A DNA stretch of 64,000 bases from Chloroflexota bacterium. Lineage in GTDB: Bacteria; Chloroflexota; UBA11872; VXOZ01. The stretch is from contig OY760183.1 of assembly GCA_963663275.1 (NCBI GenBank), positions 736,001 through 800,000 of the forward strand, read 5' to 3'. Below the pieces are notes generated by a model. The model did not search any database. It was not told the DNA's origin and worked only from the letters and a program-made list of their open reading frames with translations. Below are positions 1 to 10,956 of this stretch, one piece after another (position 1 is the stretch's first letter; each line of letters begins with the position of its first letter). The translations under genes and the position numbers were made by a program.

Positions 1-1
1 C

Positions 2-763
<762 letters not shown>

Positions 764-832
764 ACGCGCTCAACATTATGTTAGAGCCAAGACGTACATA
801 AGCATAGAAAAGGCTAGTGCGGAGAAAGCCAT

Positions 833-1771
833 GTGAACATCTTTGAGAATAGCGGCAGAGTGTCTCGATCCAAGGGGGCTTTGGCTGCTATTCAGGAGGC
901 CGCAAGCCAAACGGAAGAGATCATCGCTATTGCTACCAATCTTGAGCTCTTTGTACAAGAGTACGGACTGATCGCAGTACATCTCAGGGGGATTCTTCGC
1001 GAGACGGGACGTAGGATAATTGTCAAGGTTGGCACCAGTATCTGCGAGAACTATTGGTCCGACAGATTATGCTCAACTGCGCCTGACTTAGTCCCCAAAG
1101 TCTACGCTTCCGGCTCTCGATTGGGCGAGATCGAAGTTCATTGGCTTGCTACAGAAGCCATTCCATTTGGACCGCTAGGCAATTCCTGGAACGGAAAAGA
1201 GTTTGAGTTGATGCTCGAGGCAGGCATACGCTTCTATCAGGAAGCGAAGAGCATACACTATCCGAACTTGAGGGAGGTAACCCTGAGTGATGTTGCCGGC
1301 TGGCTTACAGGAGCACTCAAGCGGGGATGTCCCGGGCCTGTCAGCGAACTCAGCTTGAACGTCCAACGTCACTGGAGTTTTATTCTTGACAAATGTGGAA
1401 GTGAAACCGCTTTCGACGATTTCCATCTCTGTAATGCCATGACGAAGAGCCCTCCGCCAGACGGTGGGCCTGCGATTCTATTTGACATTCATCCAAATCG
1501 GCAGCCCTGGATTCTGGATACAGCCTATCTTCAAGTTCTGAATTCAGGCGACAAGAAGCGCCCAGGTCATCGGCAACTCATACAAAGAATGGCTGCCAAG
1601 AGATATGAAGTCGGACTAAGTAGCCTTGAGGGCGCTGATCTGGTCGCCGCGAGCAAGATTGCTCTTGGCTGGATGGCTGCGCGTCAATGGCGTGCGGGGC
1701 TTGTCGATGGGCAACCTGATTATCGGGATGTAAACGAACAGTTCATCGTGGACGCTGCTGGGGTCGTGTGA
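833..1771 (+). CDS. Hypothetical protein, possible aminoglycoside-phosphotransferase/choline-kinase-like fold
   Basis: 312-aa ORF of lower GC; DDFHLCN resembles the HGDxHxxN catalytic loop and is followed by ILFD. Confidence 0.5.
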   Translation: MNIFENSGRVSRSKGALAAIQEAASQTEEIIAIATNLELFVQEYGLIAVHLRGILRETGRRIIVKVGTSICENYWSDRLCSTAPDLVPKVYASGSRLGEIEVHWLATEAIPFGPLGNSWNGKEFELMLEAGIRFYQEAKSIHYPNLREVTLSDVAGWLTGALKRGCPGPVSELSLNVQRHWSFILDKCGSETAFDDFHLCNAMTKSPPPDGGPAILFDIHPNRQPWILDTAYLQVLNSGDKKRPGHRQLIQRMAAKRYEVGLSSLEGADLVAASKIALGWMAARQWRAGLVDGQPDYRDVNEQFIVDAAGVV

Positions 1772-1797
1772 CAGAACCCAAGCAGGCCGCCCCGAAA

Positions 1798-1937
1798 GAG
1801 ACCTTTGCATAACCCCTTCCCCATTGAGGGGGAAGGCTGGGATGGGGGTGAAATGGCTTGACGTTATGCCCTTGTTAGTTGTAAAGGCACCTTGGATTCC
1901 GGCTTTCGCCGGAATAACAGAGTTATGCAAAGGTCTC
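1798..1937. mobile_element. MITE family A copy (TIR GAGACCTTTGCATAAC)
   Basis: GAGACCTTTGCATAAC at 1798 and its reverse complement GTTATGCAAAGGTCTC ending 1937; flanks CGAAA/TGAAA (4 of 5 match); two internal palindromes. Confidence 0.85.
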
Positions 1938-1969
1938 TGAAAGGGCTAACCCGGCGCTTGAAGCGAAGG

Positions 1970-2236
1970 TTATGAATCGTCTTCACGCCGAGTAATGGCG
2001 TCACGCAGCCCATCGAGCAAGCCTTCCACACGGGCGACCCGCTCGCGCAGCCCGCCAAGCGAACCCTCTACCCGGGCAATTTGCTCGCGCAAGCTATCAA
2101 GCGAACCTTCCACGTGGGCAACCCGTTCGCCAAGTTGGGAAACACGGTTTTCGAGGCGCAAGATGACCCCAATAACCGCAATGGCCGCAATGATGATCGT
2201 TGCCAAGGTGCTGATAAACTCAAAGTTCTCTGTCAC
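1970..2236 (-). CDS. Small membrane-anchored coiled-coil protein
   Basis: GTG start at 2236 after GGAGAGAGG; one hydrophobic helix followed by three 14-aa repeats of the RVARVEGxL type. Confidence 0.7.
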   Translation of the reverse strand: MTENFEFISTLATIIIAAIAVIGVILRLENRVSQLGERVAHVEGSLDSLREQIARVEGSLGGLRERVARVEGLLDGLRDAITRREDDS

Positions 2237-2584
2237 AGTTGCCTCTCTCCGTTGGGAATGCGCGCGCCTTGCTCGAGCTTGCGCGAGTGCTGAAGAACTA
2301 TACCTGGAGTCTAGCACACGGCAGAAAGAGAGGATAGCGGTAGAGTGTGAAACTCTCAATGCGCCTGGCACACAACATGCGTGACGGCATCACCACGACT
2401 TGGTAATATCTCCGGTAACGTGACGACGTCAGACACGCTCCGAAACGCAACGCTTTCGGATGGAGAAGGCAGCACGCAGCGCATCTGCCGCGAGAGAGCG
2501 AAACGTTTGACGGTTCGCTTGCAGCGGCAGCCGGTGGGAGACTGCGCCGCTGTTGCTTCACTACTGCCCGTATAGGTGAGAGAC

Positions 2585-3274
2585 ATGGCAACGCGACGTA
2601 AGCAGACCAGAGGCGCCTGCGGCTACTGCGGACGGGAATTTACGAAGGGGTCCATGCTCAGGCATTTGCCGGCCTGCAAGCGGCGGGCCGAAGTGGTCGC
2701 GGAGTCCGACCGGCGGCCGGGCGGCGCCAGCAGCGGCCTGGCTCACCTGCGGGTGCTCGATACACACGGCGAATTCTGGCTGGACCTCGAAATGCAAGGC
2801 GCCGCCACCTTGCGGGAACTGGACCGGTATCTGCGCGCCATTTGGCTGGAATGCTGCGGCCACTTGAGCGAATTCTCTACCGGCGGCTGGTCGGTGGGGG
2901 GCAAACTCTCCAAGAAGACGCGCATCGAGCGCACACTTCAGCCCGGCGATGAGATATTCCACGTCTACGATTTCGGCACGCCCTCGGAGACGGTCGTGAA
3001 GGCGGTAGCCGTCCGCCAGGGCAAGCCGACCACCGCTCATCCAATCGCCTTGATGGCGCGCAACCATCCGCCTGCCCACACGTGCATGGAGTGCGCACAG
3101 CCCGCCACACACTTCTGCATGGAATGCGCCTACGGGTACGATGACAGCGGCATGCTGTGCCAACAGCATGTGGAGACGCACGAGCACGACGACTACGGCG
3201 AAACCATGCCGCTGGTCAACTCACCCAGAATGGGCACCTGCGGCTACGACGGCCCCGCCGAACCACCCTACTGA
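2585..3274 (+). CDS. pRiA4b ORF-3-like (IS1096 passenger TnpR-like) protein with Cys/His metal-binding motifs
   Basis: CGYC at the N-terminus, TLRELDRYLRAIWLECCGHLSEF, YDFG motif, C-terminal CxxC...CxxC. Confidence 0.7.
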   Translation: MATRRKQTRGACGYCGREFTKGSMLRHLPACKRRAEVVAESDRRPGGASSGLAHLRVLDTHGEFWLDLEMQGAATLRELDRYLRAIWLECCGHLSEFSTGGWSVGGKLSKKTRIERTLQPGDEIFHVYDFGTPSETVVKAVAVRQGKPTTAHPIALMARNHPPAHTCMECAQPATHFCMECAYGYDDSGMLCQQHVETHEHDDYGETMPLVNSPRMGTCGYDGPAEPPY

Positions 3275-3361
3275 CCGCCACTCAGCAAGGGCTAAGACAG
3301 CGGCCTGACCCGCGCCACCCCGGCGAATGTCGAAATCCGAAAGTGTGATGCCGCTCCCTCA

Positions 3362-3405
3362 TTCAACGCGTAGGGGCACGACATGTCGTGCCCCTACGCG
3401 TTGAA
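3362..3405. repeat. Perfect 44-bp palindrome built around a GTAG-type REP
   Basis: TTCAACGCGTAGGGGCACGACA|TGTCGTGCCCCTACGCGTTGAA is exactly self-complementary; lies between convergent genes. Confidence 0.9.
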
Positions 3406-3800
3406 CCGCATGTGATATCCCGTTAACCTCTGTCCGGTAGCGCAGGTTTGTAACCTGCGTCTGCTGCCCCGCGCGGGTGCGCGAAATGGCCTAACCCGGC
3501 GGCGGTGGCGTTTCACCATAGACGCGCCGTAGAGGTAGCCCCTCAACGTGGAGACGCGCCGCTCCATGGCCCTCTCAAGACCGGACACACGTGAGTCCAG
3601 CGAATCGATGCGACGGTCTATTCTATTGATGCGGCGCACTCGCTCTAGCTCGCGCACAAGCCTGCGGCTATGCGCAGAGTGCGCCGCATGAGCCTTACTC
3701 CCAGAGATATGGCTGTAGTGCCACAGCCAACCAGACGGACTAGCCACCCCAAGCGACGTTGCCGGTGAGGCGGCTAGCCGCCGCTGGCGTGGGCACGCTT

Positions 3801-5483
3801 TCAACGGAAGGCGTCGGGGACCTCCATCACGTAGATCTCATAGTTCCCGTCACGGTTGGAGACGAACGCGATGCGATGGCCTCTACGGGACCAGGCGGGT
3901 TGGCCGTCCCAAGCGCTGTTGTTGGTGAGGCGGGTGACGCCGGTGCCGTCGGCCTTCATCACGTAGATCTCATGGTTCCCGTCGCGGTTGGAGCTGAACA
4001 CGATGTACTGGCCGTCGGGAGACCAGGCGGGAAAGTCATCCACAGCGTTGTTGTTGGTCAGGCGGCGGAGGCCGTAGCCGCCGGGGCGAATCGTGTATAT
4101 CTCATGGTTCCCGTCGCGGTCGGAGGTAAACGCGATGCGGTCGAGGCCGCTGGGGCGCCAAGTTGGTTCGCCATCCCAAGCGTCGTTGTCGGTGACGCGG
4201 CGGAGACTTCCACCGGAGCGTCTGGAGATCGTGTAGATCTCAGCGTTCCCGTCGCGGTCGGAGGTAAACGCGATGCGGTTGAGGCCGATGGGGGACCAAG
4301 TTGGATCGACATCCCAATCGTAGTTGTCGGTGAGGCGGCGGAGGCTGCCGCCGTTGCTGCTCATCCTGTAGATCTCAGCGTTCCCGTCGCGCTCGGAAGT
4401 GAACGCGATGTCCGTATGAACGCCAAAACTGGCATATTCAGGGAACCTATCCGCCGCGTCGTTGTCAGTAAGGCGCCGGAGGCTGGAGCCGTCGGCATTC
4501 ATCCTGTAGATCTCAAAATTCCCGTCGCGGTTGGATTCGAACACGATGCGACTGCCGGTTTGATTCCAAGCCGGGGACCCATCCTCAGCGTTGTTGTTGG
4601 TGAGGCGGGTGGGTGGCACTGGCGTGGGTGTAACCACAATGGGTGTAACCACAGGTTTGGGCCTAGGCGTAGGCGCTGGCACTGGTGTGGCGACAGGTAT
4701 GGGCGTAGGCGCGGGTGTGGTGCTTGTTCCCGCGCACCACTCTATGCGAGGTAGGTCTTGGGGGTCAGATGGTAGTCTGATCACAATGCCGCTAACACTT
4801 GCTCCACTCACATTCACCCGTACAGCCTGACCGCGTTCGGTAGTAATGCCGGCGCCATCATACCACCCAACGAAACTGCACCCGGGGCCCGCATATACAT
4901 CCAAAGTAAACGACCCGTCAGGCACCGGGATTTCAAAAGCGCCACTTTGGTCTGTATTGCCATATCCGCTGTTGTCCCTGCTCCCTTGCCAGGCCCACAA
5001 TCCTATCCCTTGCAAAAGGGCTCCGTCGGGGCCTACCACGGCTCCTCGAATCGACGATGCGGAATGCGGCGTGTCCCCAGGTTCGGGTGTGGCGACAGAC
5101 GCTGGCGGCGGTGTTGCCGCAGGCGCCGGCTCTGGTGTCGCAATGCCTCCGCCGGGGGCATAATCCGGCTCCCAGGGGAATCTTTCCGTGTTGAGCCGTT
5201 GCTCCAGGCCGTTGGGACCGTTTATCCACGTGCGGTAGCCGTCGGTGAAGGCGGTCCAGTTGTCGGCTTTGCGCCAGACCAGCAAGCCGCCGGTGGTCCG
5301 CTGCACGCTGTCGCCGGTGGCGTTGTAGTGCTCGTTCTCCAGGCACTCGCCGACGATGTCGGGGATAAGATCGCGGAGCGCCTTGAAACCAAGCCTGAAC
5401 TCGCAATCGACTGACGCCGACGCCATGCTGGGCACGACGAGCGCCAAGAAGAGTCCGAGTAGCAACGCGCTGAGATGTTTCAC
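3801..5483 (-). CDS. Secreted TolB-like/PD40 beta-propeller protein with an uncharacterised N-terminal domain, a carboxypeptidase-regulatory-like domain and Pro/Thr linkers
   Basis: GTG start 5483 with AAGGGGG RBS; signal peptide ending in AxA; about six repeats of P.WSPDG..IAFTSDRDGN.EIY. Confidence 0.88.
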   Translation of the reverse strand: MKHLSALLLGLFLALVVPSMASASVDCEFRLGFKALRDLIPDIVGECLENEHYNATGDSVQRTTGGLLVWRKADNWTAFTDGYRTWINGPNGLEQRLNTERFPWEPDYAPGGGIATPEPAPAATPPPASVATPEPGDTPHSASSIRGAVVGPDGALLQGIGLWAWQGSRDNSGYGNTDQSGAFEIPVPDGSFTLDVYAGPGCSFVGWYDGAGITTERGQAVRVNVSGASVSGIVIRLPSDPQDLPRIEWCAGTSTTPAPTPIPVATPVPAPTPRPKPVVTPIVVTPTPVPPTRLTNNNAEDGSPAWNQTGSRIVFESNRDGNFEIYRMNADGSSLRRLTDNDAADRFPEYASFGVHTDIAFTSERDGNAEIYRMSSNGGSLRRLTDNYDWDVDPTWSPIGLNRIAFTSDRDGNAEIYTISRRSGGSLRRVTDNDAWDGEPTWRPSGLDRIAFTSDRDGNHEIYTIRPGGYGLRRLTNNNAVDDFPAWSPDGQYIVFSSNRDGNHEIYVMKADGTGVTRLTNNSAWDGQPAWSRRGHRIAFVSNRDGNYEIYVMEVPDAFR

Positions 5484-5630
5484 CGTGGTAGCCCCCTTGC
5501 GGTACACGCTTAAGTTTGGCCTGCCGCGACGCAACGGTTGCGCCGTGAGCCGCAAGGGGACGCGCTCGCTAAAGCGCACTTCCCCACGCGCCCCTTACAG
5601 AGAACTCACGCGTAAGCATCTGCAGCAATT

Positions 5631-5692
5631 GGATAGTACCCCATATTCGGATAGTATCTGTATTCGGATACTACTCCGTGTTGGATATTATC
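5631..5692. repeat. Four imperfect 17-18-bp direct repeats (GGATA[G/C/T]TA core)
   Basis: Units start at 5631, 5649, 5666 and 5683 in an AT-rich divergent intergenic region. Confidence 0.65.
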
Positions 5693-5827
5693 ACACAATG
5701 GAGAACAGCGTTTTACACTGGAGAGAGCGGTTAGGGTGAAGGCGAGCCGGCTTCTCCCGTCACTTGTATGGTGAAAGAGGCCGTCAAACGGTGAAAGTGG
5801 CAATGTAGCGCGGGAGGCGCGACAACT

Positions 5828-5901
5828 GTCATTCCGAGCGCAGCGAGGAATCTAAGGTGCATGCGCTCTAGATTCTTCGTCGCTACGCTCCTCAGAATGA
5901 C
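5828..5901. repeat. REP-like inverted pair (GTCATTCCGAGCG..GAGGAATCT / AGATTC..GAATGAC)
   Basis: The same module recurs near 39858, 42197 and 50708. Confidence 0.8.
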
Positions 5902-6127
5902 GGAAGAACTCCTCGCATGAAATGAACGCCGCGCATGACCGGTAGAGAGCGTGCTCGTTCATCGCGTATTGATATAGAGAACAGCGAGCGTCAACATGCC
6001 TGGTCAAGCGTGCCGCTCCCGTTTAGAATGAACCGGCGAGGCGGTGGAGACGAACGGGCAAGAACGGCAAGCGCGGGCAACGTAACCACACCATGCCGTG
6101 ACGCGCGGCAAACAGGAGCACGACCAC

Positions 6128-7954
6128 ATGGCGGCAGCACAAGCAACGGCGGATGCGAGACAGGAGACCGGCGCGGAGGCGGTGCGGTGGGATTTGGCGG
6201 ACCTCTACGCCGGGCCGGATGATCCGGCGCTGGAGGCGGATTTCAAGGCGGCGTTAGCGCGGGCGGAGGCGTTTCAGGAAAACTACAGAGGCCGGATTGC
6301 CGCGGGCGAGATCACGCCGGAGGAGTTCCTAAGCGCAGTTGAAGAGATCGAGCAGATCTACATGGGCGCGCACAAGGCGGTCATGTATGCTGATATGGTC
6401 TTTTCGGTGGATACGGCGGAGCCAGCGCACGGGGCCCTGCTGCAACGCACGCACGAGCAGGCCACGCAGGTGCAGAACGCCCTGCTCTTCTTCGACGTGG
6501 AGTGGCGGCAGGCGGACGACGCCTTTGCCCAAGGCATCCTGGCGCACCCGCCGCTGGCGCGGTACGCGCATTCCCTGGCGCGCGAGCGGGTCTTTGCGCC
6601 GCATACGCTCACGGAAGCCGAGGAGAAGCTGGACGCGGAAAAGCGCCTGACCGGGATCAGCTCCTTCCAGCGGCTCTTCGACGAGCGCACCGGCCGCCTG
6701 CGCCGCGCGATGACCCTGGACGGCGAGCGCAAGGAGATGAACGAGACCGAACTGCTGGCGCTGCTCTACCGCGACGACCGCGGCGTGCGGCGGCGCGCCC
6801 AGGCGGCCATGACCAAGGCGCTGCAAGACGACGCCCACGTGCTGACCTTCATCTTCAACGTGATGACCCACGAAAAGGCCATCGAGGACCGCCTGCGCAA
6901 CTTCCCGGACCCCATGTCGTCGCGCAACCTGGCGAACGAGGTGGACGACGCCACCGCCCACGCCATGCTGGACGCGGTCACCGCGCGGTACGACATCGTG
7001 GCCGATTATTACACCCTCAAGCGCCGCATGTTGGGCTATCGCACGCTCTACGACTACGACCGCTACGCGCCGGTCTTTCCCCCGCCGGAGGGGGGCGTGG
7101 ACTTCAACCAGGCCAAGGCGCTGGTGCTGGACGCCTACCGCGCCTTTGCGCCCGAGGTGGGCAGCCTGGCTGCGGAGTTCTTCGAGAAGCGGTGGATCGA
7201 CGCCGCCGTGCTGCCCAACAAGCGCGGCGGGGCCTACTGCCAGCCCTGCCTGCCCCATCTGCACCCCTACGTCTTCCTCAGCTACACCGGCAACCAGCGC
7301 GACGTGATGACCCTGGCCCACGAACTCGGCCACGGCATCCACGCGCGGCTCTCAAGCGGCCAGCCCTATCTGGAATTCGATACCTCGCTGGTGGTGGCGG
7401 AACTGGCCAGCACCTTTGGCGAGATGCTGACGTTTCACGCGCTCATGGAAAATACCACCGACCCGCGGGTGCGCCTGGGCCTGCTGGCGCAGAAGATCGA
7501 GGATTCGTTCGCCACGGTCTTCCGCCAGGCGGCCATGCACCGGTTCGAGTACGCGCTGCACACCCGACGCCGCAACGAGGGCGAACTGACGAGCGAGGCC
7601 ATCGGCGACATCTGGCTGGAACAGCAGTCGGCTATGTTCGGCGATTCGGTGACGATGACGGCGAACTACCGCCACTGGTGGGCCTACATCCCCCACTTCA
7701 TCCACGTGCCGTTCTACGTCTACGCCTATCCGTTCGGCGAACTGCTGTCGCTCTCGCTCTACCGCGCCTACCGGCAACAAGGCGCGCCCTTCGTGGAGGT
7801 CTATCGCGGCATGTTGGCCGCCGGCGGCAGCGAATCCCCCGCCCAACTCATGCAACGCGCCACCATCGATACCGCCAACCCCACCTTCTGGCTCGGCGGC
7901 CTGGACATCATCGCGGATATGGTGCAGGAGGCAAAATCCCTGGCAACGGCATGA
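6128..7954 (+). CDS. pepF: M3-family oligoendopeptidase F
   Basis: RWDLADLY N-terminus, KRGGAYC, TLAHELGHGIH zinc motif, HFIHVPFYVYAY; AGGAG upstream of ATG 6128. Confidence 0.93.
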   Translation: MAAAQATADARQETGAEAVRWDLADLYAGPDDPALEADFKAALARAEAFQENYRGRIAAGEITPEEFLSAVEEIEQIYMGAHKAVMYADMVFSVDTAEPAHGALLQRTHEQATQVQNALLFFDVEWRQADDAFAQGILAHPPLARYAHSLARERVFAPHTLTEAEEKLDAEKRLTGISSFQRLFDERTGRLRRAMTLDGERKEMNETELLALLYRDDRGVRRRAQAAMTKALQDDAHVLTFIFNVMTHEKAIEDRLRNFPDPMSSRNLANEVDDATAHAMLDAVTARYDIVADYYTLKRRMLGYRTLYDYDRYAPVFPPPEGGVDFNQAKALVLDAYRAFAPEVGSLAAEFFEKRWIDAAVLPNKRGGAYCQPCLPHLHPYVFLSYTGNQRDVMTLAHELGHGIHARLSSGQPYLEFDTSLVVAELASTFGEMLTFHALMENTTDPRVRLGLLAQKIEDSFATVFRQAAMHRFEYALHTRRRNEGELTSEAIGDIWLEQQSAMFGDSVTMTANYRHWWAYIPHFIHVPFYVYAYPFGELLSLSLYRAYRQQGAPFVEVYRGMLAAGGSESPAQLMQRATIDTANPTFWLGGLDIIADMVQEAKSLATA

Positions 7955-8049
7955 CGACAGCGAGGTGTATCTCCCCCTATTGCGCCGACCGGAGCGGACC
8001 CATTCACGCAGCAGTTGTAACGGTAAGTTCTCACGTAGAGTGAATGTCG

Positions 8050-10956
8050 TCAATCTTCTAGGTTCAGGAGATCGAAGAAACCCCTGCGCAGCAAGTTTTC
8101 GCGGGCGTGTTCGGCGTTTTCTTTGGTCGCCTCGTCCTTGCTTTCAAGGCCCGCCCCTATGATATTCCGCGCGGTTTCGACATTGATGTAGAATGACGAG
8201 TGAAATGACGAGTCATTTGTTACGGCGGTAAGCTTTGCAAAGCACTCAACCACCTTGTTGGTATGCTCAGGCAACAATCCTTCCAATGCTTCTGCTACAA
8301 TTAAATTTGCTCGCGATGTTGAGCCTCCGGTTGCATCCAGTACCTTTGAGAGTGCATCTAAACGCCATTCAGCTTCCAGGCACTTGGCCTCTAGCCAAGA
8401 AGAGAAGTGACCTAACTCCTCGGTATCTCCTGCTTCCAGCCGCCATTCGAAGAATTCAACTAGCCCGCGTTTCAAGTCCTCATCCAAGCCTTCTTTGGTG
8501 TTCCCGAGCTTAGAACCAAGGTTTTCGACCAAATTCGACCAGCATTTGCGGTCATGTTTCGTACCTAGGTAGAAGCGCTCCAAGAGACTTTCTTCACCCT
8601 GTAGTGGATACTGCCCCCAAAGGTAATAGAAAAACAGGTGCCGACCAAGATAGTCTGAGAACTCCGTATCCGAGTCGTCTCGCCTCTTAATCTTGGCTAA
8701 TTGTCGTACCCCGAATTCGTAATCCTTGCCAAGTTCCTCAAATGCCCGGATATTGGGGCCAAATTCACGTAAGTAACTGCCGAACGCCACTTGCCAGTCA
8801 TCTGGTCTATTCTGGGGAAAGAAGTCTGACTTGTGCTCTAATCCCCAAGTCTCGTCTAATCCTAGGAGCCGTACGTAATTCGCGCCCAGAATAGCACGCT
8901 CCGGGAGAGTCAGAGAGAATTCTGTCTTATCAGTAAAGCGATCTTCAAGAACCGCCGTAACTATGCCAAGATCGGCGTTTCCATCCAAACGGCGCATCCA
9001 AGAGCCAAGTCTTATCAGGGAATCTAAAGCGCGACTGCGAGTGTTGTTGATCGCTTCCGCCAGATGGTCGTTGGCGTTTGTCAAGACCGGCTTGTTCCGA
9101 TCCAGCCGCCAATCGAATTGCGTGCAAAGCGTATCCAGGAGTTTGACCAGTTGCTCTCGGTAGGCATACGGCACATTCACTTCCTTCTTAATGCATGTGT
9201 CAATTAGATCGACGACCGCTCGGCGCGAGCTAGCCCACAGGGGATTGTTCCTGGATCGATCCTCATTACCAATATAGTTCTCCCGATCCTGGTCGGGATG
9301 GCAAAGCACCCACTCGCAGAATTCTAGTGACTCGCCTAGCCTTTCAAAGTTCTTACTCTCTATGAGGTCTTTCATCCCATCTACAATTGCTCTCACATAG
9401 ATGGGCCGCGCAATGGCGCCACGGTTCTCAATCCAGAAGCGGATCCTACCATCGTCAGGAAGCACCGCATCCGTGAAGAATTCTTGAAATGCCTTCACAA
9501 GCGCTTCAAAGGTGATCTCTACGAACTGGTCGACATAGTCATAGTGTTCTGCGTCCCACTCGTTGATGAAGTCCAGTAACTCCGCGTCTTCCATGGCGGC
9601 AAGCTGTTCTGGCGGCTTGGGGCTCTTAGCGGACACGGAGCCGACCTTAATATCACTAATTGACAAGTAGTCATCACTTGAAATCTGCTTATCGGCTTGC
9701 CGTTCCGTTTCCTGGAAGCGGGCCAGATAGTCACCAAAGAGCACATCTTCGAAGAGCCTTAACTGCATGCGATGGAAGTGCAACTGACGAAGCTCGAACT
9801 TTCCTTCAGTAAAATCCTCACCATACCATTTCCGGAATTTCTCCTTCGGCGGACCGGCCAAAATAGTCTTGAAGATTAAAATACGCTCCTGTCTGGTGAG
9901 TAACTCTTCTCCGAAGGCCGCACACGCGCTTCGCACCATCTCTTGGAGTTCGTAATAGCGCTCTGAACGACCGTAGTCTTCATGGTTGAGGATTAGGTCT
10001 CGAATCCACGGTTTTGTTAGCTCAGTAGGATAAAGCGCCAAGAGGTGTTGGCGTAGGCGCTTGAAGATTCTCCATCGCTGTTTTCGGAGGTGATCGTCAA
10101 GGTCTGGGATGGAAGTCGGAGTCTTTTCGTAGACCTGCTCACAGGCAAAAGTAAGGGCATTGGCAAGATTCACCTTGCTGTCCATGTAGCCGGTATCTGT
10201 CCTGTCAAGCCGTCTGCACCAGAATTCGGAATCATCTCTGTCACCACTCTTTTCTCGCTGTTCTGGATGCATTCTTAGTCCAAGCATCGCTGCCATGGCA
10301 TCAATGAGCATGCAAGCCGTACGGTAGGGCTCTTTCTCGGCAAGAGGACGAACGCCCGAATTGAGAATTTCACGGTAATCCCATTCTTCAAATCGAGGGG
10401 AAGGATCGAGATGGCTAAAGAATTCACTCGGTTCCTTCCTATGCTTTTCGCTTGCTTTGGGGTCGGGCTTGAACTGGATCAACACTTGAGCAAGTTCTAA
10501 CGCTGCAAGAGTTTCGCTTTCCTGCGTCCAATAGGCTAGCAGGCTTGAACATCTGTAGCCCATAGTCTGAATACCTAACTCTGCGTACTCGAGCATCTTG
10601 TCCTTCAGCTTTGCGGAGTGATGGCCTGGAAGGTCTAGCGCAATTTCCAAGATTTCATGATAGACATGCGGATTATCGACAGCGGGAAGGCCGGACAGTA
10701 GGCTGACAACCTGTTCTGGCACAAACCTACAGACGTTTTTGAGGTATTGAAGTTCTGGCCAAAACGGAAATTGCGTGTGACCGTTCCCTAGGTCGAGTGC
10801 TGGTGGGGGGGATGCGAAACAGTCGCGTTCGATTAGCGGCTGCAACCATAGGGGGTTCTTTAGTTTGGAGAAAAAGTACCGGCGGTCAATCTCTTTCTTT
10901 ACTGACCCCAAGGCCTTCTCTACCATCTCATCTGTTGGTTTCTTCCAGGATGTCAT
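8050..10956 (-). CDS. Large hypothetical, probably alpha-helical protein in a defence-like island
   Basis: 968-aa lower-GC ORF (YFFSKLKNPLWLQPL near the N-terminus); no catalytic motif recognised; overlaps the upstream ORF by 29 nt. Confidence 0.8.
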   Translation of the reverse strand: MTSWKKPTDEMVEKALGSVKKEIDRRYFFSKLKNPLWLQPLIERDCFASPPPALDLGNGHTQFPFWPELQYLKNVCRFVPEQVVSLLSGLPAVDNPHVYHEILEIALDLPGHHSAKLKDKMLEYAELGIQTMGYRCSSLLAYWTQESETLAALELAQVLIQFKPDPKASEKHRKEPSEFFSHLDPSPRFEEWDYREILNSGVRPLAEKEPYRTACMLIDAMAAMLGLRMHPEQREKSGDRDDSEFWCRRLDRTDTGYMDSKVNLANALTFACEQVYEKTPTSIPDLDDHLRKQRWRIFKRLRQHLLALYPTELTKPWIRDLILNHEDYGRSERYYELQEMVRSACAAFGEELLTRQERILIFKTILAGPPKEKFRKWYGEDFTEGKFELRQLHFHRMQLRLFEDVLFGDYLARFQETERQADKQISSDDYLSISDIKVGSVSAKSPKPPEQLAAMEDAELLDFINEWDAEHYDYVDQFVEITFEALVKAFQEFFTDAVLPDDGRIRFWIENRGAIARPIYVRAIVDGMKDLIESKNFERLGESLEFCEWVLCHPDQDRENYIGNEDRSRNNPLWASSRRAVVDLIDTCIKKEVNVPYAYREQLVKLLDTLCTQFDWRLDRNKPVLTNANDHLAEAINNTRSRALDSLIRLGSWMRRLDGNADLGIVTAVLEDRFTDKTEFSLTLPERAILGANYVRLLGLDETWGLEHKSDFFPQNRPDDWQVAFGSYLREFGPNIRAFEELGKDYEFGVRQLAKIKRRDDSDTEFSDYLGRHLFFYYLWGQYPLQGEESLLERFYLGTKHDRKCWSNLVENLGSKLGNTKEGLDEDLKRGLVEFFEWRLEAGDTEELGHFSSWLEAKCLEAEWRLDALSKVLDATGGSTSRANLIVAEALEGLLPEHTNKVVECFAKLTAVTNDSSFHSSFYINVETARNIIGAGLESKDEATKENAEHARENLLRRGFFDLLNLED

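Noticed and set aside
3394-3804. 136-aa minus-strand ORF as an intact gene
   Set aside because: Only a short central stretch looks coiled-coil-like; there is no convincing start or TM helix and the end runs into REP palindromes.
6329-8053. Long alternative-frame ORFs over pepF (and likewise over the liv, SulP and TEP genes)
   Set aside because: Expected off-frame ORFs in high-GC coding DNA; each overlaps a well-supported gene.
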